Shown: positions 46,415-55,366 of the stretch, piece by piece
Numbering within the stretch: the first letter of the stretch is position 1
How the letters are laid out: each line of letters opens with the position of its first letter
Assembly (NCBI GenBank): GCA_035515235.1
Contig: DATJBS010000024.1
Location: 1,634-65,633 of the forward strand
Length of the DNA stretch: 64,000 nt
Origin: Chitinophagales bacterium
GTDB lineage: Bacteria; Bacteroidota; Bacteroidia; Chitinophagales; JADIYW01
Direction of reading: 5' to 3'
Translations under genes and position numbers: made by a program
Notes under the pieces: model-generated
Databases searched by the model: none
What the model was told of the DNA's origin: nothing
Seen by the model: only the letters and a program-made list of their open reading frames with translations

Positions 46415-46458
46415 TATAAACCAAACTGTCTTTGTATACAATGACAGTTTGGTTTATA
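46415..46458 (-). terminator. 44-bp near-perfect palindrome / strong hairpin just downstream of the OmpA-like remnant
   Basis: TATAAACCAAACTGTC (46415-46430) and GACAGTTTGGTTTATA (46443-46458) form a 16-bp perfect stem. The loop is itself palindromic (TTGTATACAA). Confidence 0.6.
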
Positions 46459-46460
46459 AT

Positions 46461-46682
46461 TTACTTAATCTTCTCTATTTTAATTTCTACTCTTCTTTCT
46501 TTAGCATAATCAGGAGAGAATACTGGATCTTTTCCTTCTATCGTTTCTTGATTGCTACTACCTAAAGGTTCTCTAGCGATATTCAGTTGTCCGTTTTGTA
46601 CAAATGACTTTAAGATCTCGCCATTATATTCCAAAAGATATTTCTCAATAGATTGTACCCGACGTTCAGTGAGATATTTACT
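46461..46682 (-). pseudogene. remnant of an OmpA-family C-terminal (peptidoglycan-binding) domain gene, 5'-truncated
   Basis: The minus-strand frame reads SKYLTERRVQSIEKYLLEYNGEILKSFVQNGQLNIAREPLGSSNQETIEGKDPVFSPDYAKERRVEIKIEKIK-stop. It is bounded upstream by a stop and has no start codon. LTERR...S...YL and ERRVEI match the end of OmpA_C domains. Confidence 0.6.
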
Positions 46683-46715
46683 TTACTTTTAAAATTCTTT
46701 TTAGTCGACATAAAA

Positions 46716-46750
46716 AAGAAAACCCCACTCGTAATGAGCAGGGTTAGTTT
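46716..46750 (-). terminator. rho-independent terminator of the trx operon
   Basis: On the minus strand, AACCCTGCTCATTACGAGTGGGGTT is followed by TTCTTTTTT. The core resembles the hairpin at 23192-23224. Confidence 0.6.
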
Positions 46751-46770
46751 TCTTATTGTGTTAGAATGTT

Positions 46771-47019
46771 CTATTTGTCTATAGATCCAGTTACTTTCTT
46801 TGCGAATGTATTGATAGCATCAGTATTACGCATTCCAGATGCGGTCATTTGATGTACTTCCAATGCTCCACAAATATTAGTAATGAATTCTCCTATGACA
46901 TTCATTTCCTCATCAGTGATTCCTCTCGCTTCAGAAAGAGATTCTAAAACTTCGAGAGTGGTTTCGAGCTTCTCTACTTCATTGTTTAGAAATAGATGTT
47001 TAATTACGGGTACTTTCAT
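46771..47019 (-). CDS. small conserved hypothetical protein co-transcribed with thioredoxin
   Basis: 82-codon ORF that overlaps the thioredoxin gene's 3' end by 20 nt. Confidence 0.5.
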   Translation of the reverse strand: MKVPVIKHLFLNNEVEKLETTLEVLESLSEARGITDEEMNVIGEFITNICGALEVHQMTASGMRNTDAINTFAKKVTGSIDK

Positions 47020-47314
47020 TGAATAGTTGGATTAAACTGTCAGCTTGATTGGTTTGTACTTGATTGAATAACTGTCCATTTTTAAAGATTGCAAAAGTGG
47101 GTAAATTATCCACTTTAGCTAATTGTCTAGACTCTGTTAATTTCTCAGCATCTACATACAAAAACGGAATGCCTTCATTTTCTGATGCTAATTTTTTGAA
47201 CTTCGGCTTCATTATTCTACAATTTCCACACCAAGTAGCACCATATTGTACCATCACGATATCGTTCTCATTGACTATCTGAGCCAAAGTATCTTCTCCT
47301 AATTCTTGAAACAT
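47000..47314 (-). CDS. thioredoxin
   Basis: WCGNC active site, ~104 aa. Confidence 0.85.
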   Translation of the reverse strand: MFQELGEDTLAQIVNENDIVMVQYGATWCGNCRIMKPKFKKLASENEGIPFLYVDAEKLTESRQLAKVDNLPTFAIFKNGQLFNQVQTNQADSLIQLFNESTRN

Positions 47315-47343
47315 ACCTTTTTTATTTTGTTGTTAAAAGCAGC

Positions 47344-47979
47344 TTAGTGCTTGCTTAAATAGTCTGCTGTACTGTTTCTATCTGCCTTCATAGCATCTTT
47401 TCCTTCTTCCCAGTTTGCAGGACATACTTCACCATGGTTTTGCACGTGAGCATAAGCATCAATTAATCTTAAAAACTCATTTACATTTCTACCTAATGGC
47501 ATATCATTCACACTTTCGTGGAAGATTTTTCCAGTTTCATCAATTAAGTAAGTTGCTCTGTAAGTCACATTGCCACCTTCATAAGAGAATTCATCTGTTT
47601 CCTCATCTGTAGAATAATCTGAATCTAGAATATCTAGCTCTTCTGATAATATTCTATGAGTATCAGCTAGAATAGGATAAGTTACACCTTCAATACCACC
47701 GTTATCTTTTGGTGTATTTAACCACGCGAAGTGAACTTCTGGAGTGTCACAAGAAGCACCTATAATGATAGTATTTCTTTTTTCAAACTCCGGTTGAGCT
47801 TCTTGAAAAGCGTGCAACTCAGTAGGACATACAAACGTGAAATCTTTTGGATACCAAAATAAGATCACTTTTTTCTTTTGTTCTATTGCTTGTTTGAAGA
47901 TATTGATTTTAAATGTGTCACCCATTTCATCTATTGCATCTATTGCGATATTTGGGAATTTTCTACCTACGTTTGCCAT
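47344..47979 (-). CDS. peroxiredoxin (AhpC/Prx1-type 2-Cys)
   Basis: FTFVCPTE peroxidatic Cys motif, and a C-terminal EVCPANW resolving Cys. Confidence 0.85.
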   Translation of the reverse strand: MANVGRKFPNIAIDAIDEMGDTFKINIFKQAIEQKKKVILFWYPKDFTFVCPTELHAFQEAQPEFEKRNTIIIGASCDTPEVHFAWLNTPKDNGGIEGVTYPILADTHRILSEELDILDSDYSTDEETDEFSYEGGNVTYRATYLIDETGKIFHESVNDMPLGRNVNEFLRLIDAYAHVQNHGEVCPANWEEGKDAMKADRNSTADYLSKH

Positions 47980-48012
47980 TTTTTATGATTTTGTTTTTTG
48001 TTTTTTCTAAAA

Positions 48013-48492
48013 TTATTTATTCAACCATGAAGAGTACATCCAAATGGTTTTTTCTTGTTCTGTGATAAAATCAGTCAATAAAGTTAAAGTTCCTTCATCT
48101 CCTAATTCATTTGCAGTAGTTAAAATATCTCTTTCTAATACCACCAATGTTTTAAGACTTTCGACTACTAAAGTTACGGAAGATTCTGCATCAGTTATGT
48201 TTTTACCTATTTGAACTTCTGCATTTTTTTGATAATCTTCGAAAGTATGTAATGGAGTAAAGCCTAACGTAAGTATACGCTCAGCTATATCATCTATTTT
48301 GATTTGTGCATCTGTATATAGCTCTTCAAATTTAACATGCAATTCAAAAAACTGCGGGCCTTTGATATTCCAATGTAACCCTCTCAAACTTTGATAAAAT
48401 ATTTGATAGTTGGAGAGTAATTGATTGAGCTCTATAACAAGTTTTTCTGATATGGTTTTATCTAATCCTATTCTACTTAATTTTGACATCAT
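48013..48492 (-). CDS. dps: Dps (DNA starvation/stationary phase protection protein)
   Basis: LRGLHWNIKGPQFFELHVKFEE and DDIAERI ferroxidase-site motifs. 159 aa. Confidence 0.85.
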   Translation of the reverse strand: MMSKLSRIGLDKTISEKLVIELNQLLSNYQIFYQSLRGLHWNIKGPQFFELHVKFEELYTDAQIKIDDIAERILTLGFTPLHTFEDYQKNAEVQIGKNITDAESSVTLVVESLKTLVVLERDILTTANELGDEGTLTLLTDFITEQEKTIWMYSSWLNK

Positions 48493-48587
48493 CTTTGTAT
48501 TTACTGGTATAACTTAACAATACAAATTTAGCCATTTTGGTTTTATAAAAAAAATCAATTATTTTTATAATCAAATAGTTTTTCTTT

Positions 48588-49532
48588 ATGGTCACTATCA
48601 CTCAATTAGAATACGTCGTTGCAGTAGACACTTATCGTCACTTCGCTAATGCTGCTGAAAAGTGCATGGTGACACAGCCTACACTTTCGATGCAAATCAA
48701 AAAGTTGGAAGAGTATTTAGGAGTAATTATTTTTGATCGGTCCAAGCAACCCGTTATTCCTACAGATGTTGGAAGTTTGATTATTGATCAAGCAAGAGAT
48801 GTTTTAAGAGAGACCGCCCAATTGGAAAATATTGCAAAGGGTTATAACGAAAATATTTCTGGAAGATTGAATATTGCTATCATTCCCACTTTAGCACCTT
48901 TCCTTTTGCCATTATTTATTGGAAAAATGATAGAACGTCATCCCGGAATAAGATTAAATATCAAAGAATTAACTACCGCTGAAATTATACATCAATTGAA
49001 AGTAGATGAAGTCGATGTAGGAATATTGTCTACGCCATTGCACGAAGAGCAGATTTATGAAGATCCAATTTTTTATGAAGAGATTAAAATCTATACTCAG
49101 TCTGGTCATCCTCTCAGCAAAAAGCAATTTGTGAGTCCTGAAGAAATTTATAATAGAAAGGATGTTTGGATGTTGACGAATGGAAATTGTTTTAGAAATC
49201 AAGTCATCAATTTATGCAAAAATCAATATTCTAGTGATGATAATGCTGCTGTGAATTATGAAAGCGGTTCGCTCGAAACTTTGAAGAAATTAGTGGAAAC
49301 AGAAGGTGGATTTACCTTCTTACCTGAATTAGCAGTTAATGAATTGTCCTCTCGTCAGTTGAATCAAGTGGTCAGTTTTGAAGGCCGAGTTCCCTTAAGA
49401 GAAATCAGTCTTTGCTATGTGCGAAATGCAGCTAAAAAAGATATGATTGATATCTTGAAGCAATGTATTAGAGAAGTAGTTCCTGTGGAAATGTTAGATA
49501 AGAATCGCGGTGGAATTGTAGAGTGGAGGTAA
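48588..49532 (+). CDS. oxyR: LysR-family hydrogen-peroxide-inducible activator
   Basis: N-terminal LysR HTH (ITQLEYVVAVDTYRHFANAAEKCMVTQPTLSMQIKKLE). Divergent from dps-prx-trx. Cys in NGNCFRNQ, the usual OxyR redox-Cys position. Confidence 0.8.
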   Translation: MVTITQLEYVVAVDTYRHFANAAEKCMVTQPTLSMQIKKLEEYLGVIIFDRSKQPVIPTDVGSLIIDQARDVLRETAQLENIAKGYNENISGRLNIAIIPTLAPFLLPLFIGKMIERHPGIRLNIKELTTAEIIHQLKVDEVDVGILSTPLHEEQIYEDPIFYEEIKIYTQSGHPLSKKQFVSPEEIYNRKDVWMLTNGNCFRNQVINLCKNQYSSDDNAAVNYESGSLETLKKLVETEGGFTFLPELAVNELSSRQLNQVVSFEGRVPLREISLCYVRNAAKKDMIDILKQCIREVVPVEMLDKNRGGIVEWR

Positions 49533-49690
49533 TTTATTAATGTGGCAATGATTGTTAATGTGGCAATTAGAAACTATAGTATGTACTACAGATATAATTA
49601 CTCGATAACAGGGTCGACACAGTGAGGTTGAATTACTCTCAAAGTTACTTAAATCACAGAGCAATTAATTATCAATTGTATAAAAGTAAA

Positions 49691-49995
49691 ATAGTTTTCA
49701 AATCAGAGAAATAATCAAAAGGAACCATTGGTCTATGTCACCTATAAATCTATGTGGTGAAAAATCGATTTAGTGAAAATATCTAAAACACATAGAAACA
49801 TAGTTTTTTAAATCAGAGTAATATTTAAAAAAACCATTGGTCTATGTCATCTATAAATCTATGTGGTGGAAATATCTAAAACACAAAGGAACATAGTTTT
49901 CAAATCAGAGAAATAATTAAAAGAAATCATTGATCTATGCCACCTATAAATCTATGTGGTGAAAAATATTGCAATAATCTAAAATCGATTTTGGA
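49691..49995. repeat. three tandem copies of a ~93-109 bp intergenic repeat
   Basis: Copies start at 49691, 49800 and 49893. Each has ATAGTTTT(C/T)AAATCAGAG...CCATTGGTCTATGTCA(C/T)CTATAAATCTATGTGGTG with a few substitutions and indels. Confidence 0.9.
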
Positions 49996-50104
49996 AATAA
50001 GAATTTAACAAATATCAAGACTTTAACTACTTTCCTTTGGTCGTTTTAAATGATTAACTATTACATTTACTTGATTAGTAAATCACTCACAATACATAAA
50101 ACTC

Positions 50105-51928
50105 ATGTTAGAAATAGGAATCGGCAAGGCAGATATTACAGCATTTAAAAGAGGAGTAGGAATGCTCGGTTATGGCTTAGCTATACAAGTGATGTTGGAT
50201 ATTGAAACTCCATTGTATGCAAGAGCTTTCGTCTTTTACGATCCAATTCAAAAAAACAGAGTCGCTTTTGTCAATGCTGAATTATGTATGATTAATCCGT
50301 CTTTGAAAGATGGAGTGGTTAGAAAATTACAACAAAACTATCCTGAGTGGAATTATACTTACGAAAATCTAATGCTGACAGCACAGCATACACATACTGG
50401 ACCGAGCGGATATTCTTTGCATCCATTATATAGTATGAGTTCTCCAGGATTTGTGCAAGAGATTTATGATAAAATTGTCAATGGAATTGTAGAATCCATA
50501 GTACTCGCTGAGAAAAATAAAGCACCTGGAAAAGTTCAAGTAGGTAAAGGCGATTTCGATTTAGAAACTTCTATCAGTTATAATAGATCGATTGCAGCTT
50601 ATAATCTCAATCCAGAAGTAGAACATAAAATATCTTTTGCCAATAGACATTTGGCAGCGGATAAAAGAATGACCTTATTGCAAATTACGGATGAAAATGG
50701 AAAACCAAGAGCTTCAGTCAATTGGTTTGCAGTGCACACGACGAATCTTCCAAATAATTGGATGAAGGTATGTTCGGATAATAAAGGTTTTGCAGCTACT
50801 GAATTAGAAGAATCTTTCTCAGAAGATCCAAATTATGTTTCTGCATTTGCTCAAGGTGCATGTGGCGATGTCTCTGCACGAGTGAAGTATAATCCAAAAT
50901 TAGATCGTCAGCGAGGATATTGGGAAGGTCCTTTTGAAGATGATCTGAAAAGTTCTAAATACAACGGAAATATCCAGTATAAAAAAGCGAAAGAAATTAT
51001 TTCCAATATCGACACTACTAAAGATTTAGGAGCGTCGGGAGTAGATGCTCAATTATTGTGTACTGATTTCGGTAAAATAAATATTGATCCAGAATTTACT
51101 GGAGGTAAAGAAGGTTGTGTGACAAGTCCATCATGTATGGGAGCTGCTTTTTTAGTGGGTTCTGTAATGGATGGTCCTGGAATGCCAGAATTGTTAGGTT
51201 TAGGTTCTGTAGCCTTGTCTAAAATTATTACGAAAAAAAGAGAGCTATTCAGCAAAGGTGAAAACAAAGTCTATGTAGAAAGAATGCTTAGAGCGCAAGG
51301 AGGGAAACCTATCATGTTAGAAACTGGCAGAAATTTGATTTTAGGATCAAGACCAAAGAATTTGCTATTGCCAGATTTTGCAGATGAGCTAATTAAAAAT
51401 ATTAAACATTTTGATAGAATAGGTTTATACGATCAAACACCGCTTGCTCCACAAGTTTTGCCTGTACAAGCCATGCGAATTGGTGCGATTTTGATTGTGG
51501 GAATTCCTTTTGAAATCACTACTATAGCAAGCAAAAGATTAATTCAAACAATTCAGGATAAAGTAAAAAATCAAGGAATCGAAGAAGTGATTTTAGCACC
51601 TTATGCCAATGCATATAATGGTTATATCACTACTAATGAAGAATATCAATTACAAATGTATGAAGGTGGACATTGCGTTTTTGGTCAGTGGTCGCTGAAT
51701 GCATTGCAAGAGAAATGTTCCAAAGCTATTACAGAATTATTGAAACCTGCAGCACAACGTCAATCACTTAGAGAAGCAGAGCCTGATGTTTATTCTGAAG
51801 ATTATATCCAGGCTTTCACACATTTTCAAGGTGATTTTTATAAAGGCATCCTAAAAAAAGAACAACGTAAAGAAAATCGACGTTTGAAGATTGAAGCTAG
51901 AAAAGATAGAAACGGAGCTTCTTATTAG
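50105..51928 (+). CDS. neutral/alkaline ceramidase family protein
   Basis: N-terminal GKADITAF...GMLGYG and TAQHTHTGPSGY resemble the neutral ceramidase N-terminal domain. From memory. Confidence 0.6.
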   Translation: MLEIGIGKADITAFKRGVGMLGYGLAIQVMLDIETPLYARAFVFYDPIQKNRVAFVNAELCMINPSLKDGVVRKLQQNYPEWNYTYENLMLTAQHTHTGPSGYSLHPLYSMSSPGFVQEIYDKIVNGIVESIVLAEKNKAPGKVQVGKGDFDLETSISYNRSIAAYNLNPEVEHKISFANRHLAADKRMTLLQITDENGKPRASVNWFAVHTTNLPNNWMKVCSDNKGFAATELEESFSEDPNYVSAFAQGACGDVSARVKYNPKLDRQRGYWEGPFEDDLKSSKYNGNIQYKKAKEIISNIDTTKDLGASGVDAQLLCTDFGKINIDPEFTGGKEGCVTSPSCMGAAFLVGSVMDGPGMPELLGLGSVALSKIITKKRELFSKGENKVYVERMLRAQGGKPIMLETGRNLILGSRPKNLLLPDFADELIKNIKHFDRIGLYDQTPLAPQVLPVQAMRIGAILIVGIPFEITTIASKRLIQTIQDKVKNQGIEEVILAPYANAYNGYITTNEEYQLQMYEGGHCVFGQWSLNALQEKCSKAITELLKPAAQRQSLREAEPDVYSEDYIQAFTHFQGDFYKGILKKEQRKENRRLKIEARKDRNGASY

Positions 51929-52013
51929 AAATAAAATTTCTTTAATCAGACATATTTTAAAATGTGCTTTAATATGAAAATTGTTGGAGCACATTTTCTA
52001 TTTTTAGTATAGA

Positions 52014-53792
52014 ATGTTTTTACATAAAATCTCATGTCGCCCATCAATAGTGATCATCTTGTATGGATTATTATTGATTGCTTGTAAAACTGAAACTAAG
52101 CATTCTAAAAACTTACAACTTTATACCACTTCTGAGTTTAAAAGTCAATTAAAATCTATAGATGAAATGATGGATTTGAATAGTTTTGATACTGCTCAGA
52201 TTTATCTCAATCAATTGAAAGAAAGTAATATTTTATTAAAGCCTTCTTTAGTTGCTTATATCATTTCTAGCAGGCAGGCAGAGATTTACTATTATAATGA
52301 TTTGCACGAGTTAGGAATTCAAGAATCCAAAAAAGCTTTAATAATAGCAGAATCATTAAAAGATAGTGCTTTAAAAATGGACGCTTATAATTTTTGTGGC
52401 TTGTTTTATATGAATATGGATAGCATGAATTTGTCTATTCAATATTTTTACAAAGGTTTAGCAGAAATTCCTTCGATTCCTTCTGAATATTTACAAGATA
52501 TTTTATTGTCGAGACCTTTTCATATTTACGGGAATCTTGCCGAAGCCTATTTTATAAAAAATGAATTAGATAGTGCTATTTTTTACAGTAAAAAGACTCA
52601 AAGGGAAGCTATTATTGACAAAAATAAAAGAGGAGAGATCGTTTCATTGATTCAAATGGGAGATGCTTATTTGAAAAAAGACGAATCAGATAGTGCTTTG
52701 TTTTATTTAATAGAAGCTAAAGATCTTTCAACAAAAGAACAACTTCTTGATTTGAAGTTAAATAGTTTAGCAAGTTTAGCTCAAACGGAATTTTCCAGAA
52801 ATCATCTCAAATTATCTAATGATATTTTAGAAGAAGGTTTTGAATTACAGAAAAGTTCTTCTCCAATCAATTCTTATTACAAGATTTTATTCTTGGAAAA
52901 AGCTTCGGAAATTTATTCCCAACAAAAAGATTTTCAGCATTTGTCTTTGTCTTTAAAACAATTGACTAAGGAGCAATCTAAAACAAAAGAAATCTATAAC
53001 AAGCAATTTTTGAGTGTATTTATGAGTGGCTTGCAAAATGAATCCAAGCTATTAAATATGGAAGTAGAAAAAGCAGTCCAATCTAAAAAGTTGGCGAATA
53101 TTAGACTGTATATCATCTTGTTAGCGATTATAGTATTGATTGCCCTATTCCTCACGTATAGATATTATACTCAACATAAATTGAAAATGGCAGAATTGAG
53201 AAATAAAATTAGCCAAGATTTACATGATGAGATAGGTTCGACCTTGAGTGGAATCGCCATGTATAGTTATGTCATCAAAAATCAAATCAAATCAGGGAAT
53301 GAAGTTGTAGTCAATGAATCTTTGCATATTATTGAAAAAAATGCCACCGATATGGTGAAAAAACTGAGTGATATTGTTTGGTCAGTCAATCCTTTGTATG
53401 ACAATTTGGGACAATTATTTATCCGACTTTATGAGTTTTTAATAGAATTAGCTCAAGTCAATCAAATCCAAGCACATTCTTCTTTTAGCCCAGAATTAGA
53501 AAAAATTAAACTCACAATGATACAAAGAAAAAATTTGTATCTCATTTGCAAGGAAGCCATCAATAATGCAGTCAAACACAGTGCTTGTCAAAATATTTAT
53601 TTCTTAGTTTCTAAAAATCATTCTACTCTAACTGTAAGTATTAAAGACGACGGAAGAGGAATAGATAATACAACATCTCTAGGAAATGGATTAGTAAATA
53701 TGGATAAACGAGCACAAGAAATGAAAGCCGAAATGGAGAGAATTTCCTCAGAAAAAGGGACTGAGATATTAATCAGTTTTAAAATCACCTAA
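52014..53792 (+). CDS. TPR-containing sensor histidine kinase (HisKA_3/NarX-DesK type)
   Basis: H-box ISQDLHDEIGSTLSGI, N-box EAINNAVKHS, G-box IKDDGRGI...GNGLVNM. A TM helix precedes the kinase core. Confidence 0.85.
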   Translation: MFLHKISCRPSIVIILYGLLLIACKTETKHSKNLQLYTTSEFKSQLKSIDEMMDLNSFDTAQIYLNQLKESNILLKPSLVAYIISSRQAEIYYYNDLHELGIQESKKALIIAESLKDSALKMDAYNFCGLFYMNMDSMNLSIQYFYKGLAEIPSIPSEYLQDILLSRPFHIYGNLAEAYFIKNELDSAIFYSKKTQREAIIDKNKRGEIVSLIQMGDAYLKKDESDSALFYLIEAKDLSTKEQLLDLKLNSLASLAQTEFSRNHLKLSNDILEEGFELQKSSSPINSYYKILFLEKASEIYSQQKDFQHLSLSLKQLTKEQSKTKEIYNKQFLSVFMSGLQNESKLLNMEVEKAVQSKKLANIRLYIILLAIIVLIALFLTYRYYTQHKLKMAELRNKISQDLHDEIGSTLSGIAMYSYVIKNQIKSGNEVVVNESLHIIEKNATDMVKKLSDIVWSVNPLYDNLGQLFIRLYEFLIELAQVNQIQAHSSFSPELEKIKLTMIQRKNLYLICKEAINNAVKHSACQNIYFLVSKNHSTLTVSIKDDGRGIDNTTSLGNGLVNMDKRAQEMKAEMERISSEKGTEILISFKIT

Positions 53793-53845
53793 TGAGGTAT
53801 CCTATTCAAATTTTGAAAATAGTAGTTTCGATATAGATTCATTTT

Positions 53846-54496
53846 ATGATGAAAACCAGAGTCTTAATATTTGAAGATAATCAATTGATTAGAGGAGCTT
53901 TATATGCAATTATAAATGCTTCTGAGACCTTTGTTTGTGTTGGAGCTTTTCCTGACTGCAGCCAATTAATAGAAAATATTAAAACCTACAATCCACAAGT
54001 TATTTTGATGGATATTGAAATGCCCGGAATGAATGGGATAGAGGCGACTAAAATGATCTCTCAACAATTCCCTGAAAAAAGAGTGCTCATTCAAACCGTC
54101 TTTAACGATTCCGAAAAAATCTTTCACGCTATTTGTGCAGGAGCTTCAGGATATATTCTCAAAACTGATCCACCTCAAAGATTATTAGAGGCATTAGAAG
54201 AAGCATATAATGGTGGTGCACCAATGTCCGCTACGATTGCCAAAAAAGTATGGCAGTTTTTTAGTAGAAAAAATGTCATTTTAGTTGCTCCAGATAAGAC
54301 TGTAGAGCCACTCAGTGAAAGAGAACTAAGTATTTTGAAAGAAATGCAAGAAGGCGCTCAACTCAAAGCTATTGCTCTTTCTCAATTTATCAGTTATGAA
54401 ACTGTTCGCACGCATGTCAAGAATATTTACAGAAAATTGCATGTCAACTCGAGAGCAGAAGCTATCATGAAAGCTTCCCAACAAGGCTTGAACTAA
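53846..54496 (+). CDS. NarL/LuxR-family response regulator
   Basis: Receiver domain (VLIFEDN, ILMDIEMPGMNG) plus a C-terminal LuxR HTH (LSERELSILKEM...ETVRTHVKNIYRKL). Confidence 0.9.
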   Translation: MMKTRVLIFEDNQLIRGALYAIINASETFVCVGAFPDCSQLIENIKTYNPQVILMDIEMPGMNGIEATKMISQQFPEKRVLIQTVFNDSEKIFHAICAGASGYILKTDPPQRLLEALEEAYNGGAPMSATIAKKVWQFFSRKNVILVAPDKTVEPLSERELSILKEMQEGAQLKAIALSQFISYETVRTHVKNIYRKLHVNSRAEAIMKASQQGLN

Positions 54497-54664
54497 TCTC
54501 CTAATTCATATTATTATAAATTAATTTTCACCCTTTGAGGTATTGAACCGCAATAGGATGATGTATAATTTTATCTAATAGTCAAAGCGACTTATGGAGT
54601 TCAGCAACCATTCAAACGGGGCTCATCCGAAATGCCTTATGAGTAGGACAATAAAAATATAATT

Positions 54665-55300
54665 ATGAGAAAGCTACAAACACTATTCTTTTTTTCATTG
54701 ATGACTTTAATGATTTTTAGTTGTAAAAAAGATGAAGAAATTCCCAATTTGGATAAAAATGGATTAACTAAAGACATTACTAATTTCGTCCCAGATAGTA
54801 TTATCGAAAAAATGAAATCTTTTGGAATGCCCATCTATGGCGGTGAAAATCCACCCATGTTAACAGAAAACGGAAAAGAACTAAAATTTTTTGTAGATAA
54901 TTTTATACTGTTGAATAGCAATGTGCCCTCAGATTATCCAAATAAACAATTTAAGAACTATATTATCACTTTGAAAAATCAGGATAATAATTTTTTAAAA
55001 ATTGACTTCGAAAAAGTAAATGAAGATCTAACCTCTTTTTCTGTTGGGAAAGGTAGTTATATAGTAGGCAGTGAAAATAAATTTTCAATATTTGTAGAGG
55101 TACATAATGTGCAGGAAAATACAGATTCGGAAGCGGACTTAGTGTTAGTTATTTCTGGTGAAAAAGGTTCTGAAGGTATTTTAAACTTCCATCAGGCTAA
55201 TTTTATGTTAAATGATTTTGGCGATAAAGCTAATGTATATATGAATGTTGGTCAAGGAAGAATCATCCGCGATACCGACGGTGTGTCAGAATACCGATAA
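54665..55300 (+). CDS. hypothetical lipoprotein
   Basis: Signal peptide with the lipobox MIFSC. Confidence 0.55.
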   Translation: MRKLQTLFFFSLMTLMIFSCKKDEEIPNLDKNGLTKDITNFVPDSIIEKMKSFGMPIYGGENPPMLTENGKELKFFVDNFILLNSNVPSDYPNKQFKNYIITLKNQDNNFLKIDFEKVNEDLTSFSVGKGSYIVGSENKFSIFVEVHNVQENTDSEADLVLVISGEKGSEGILNFHQANFMLNDFGDKANVYMNVGQGRIIRDTDGVSEYR

Positions 55301-55366
55301 GTTTTTTAAAAGAGTTTTACAGAGCTGTTAAAATATTTTGACCGTTTGTCTTAGGCAAGCGGTTTT

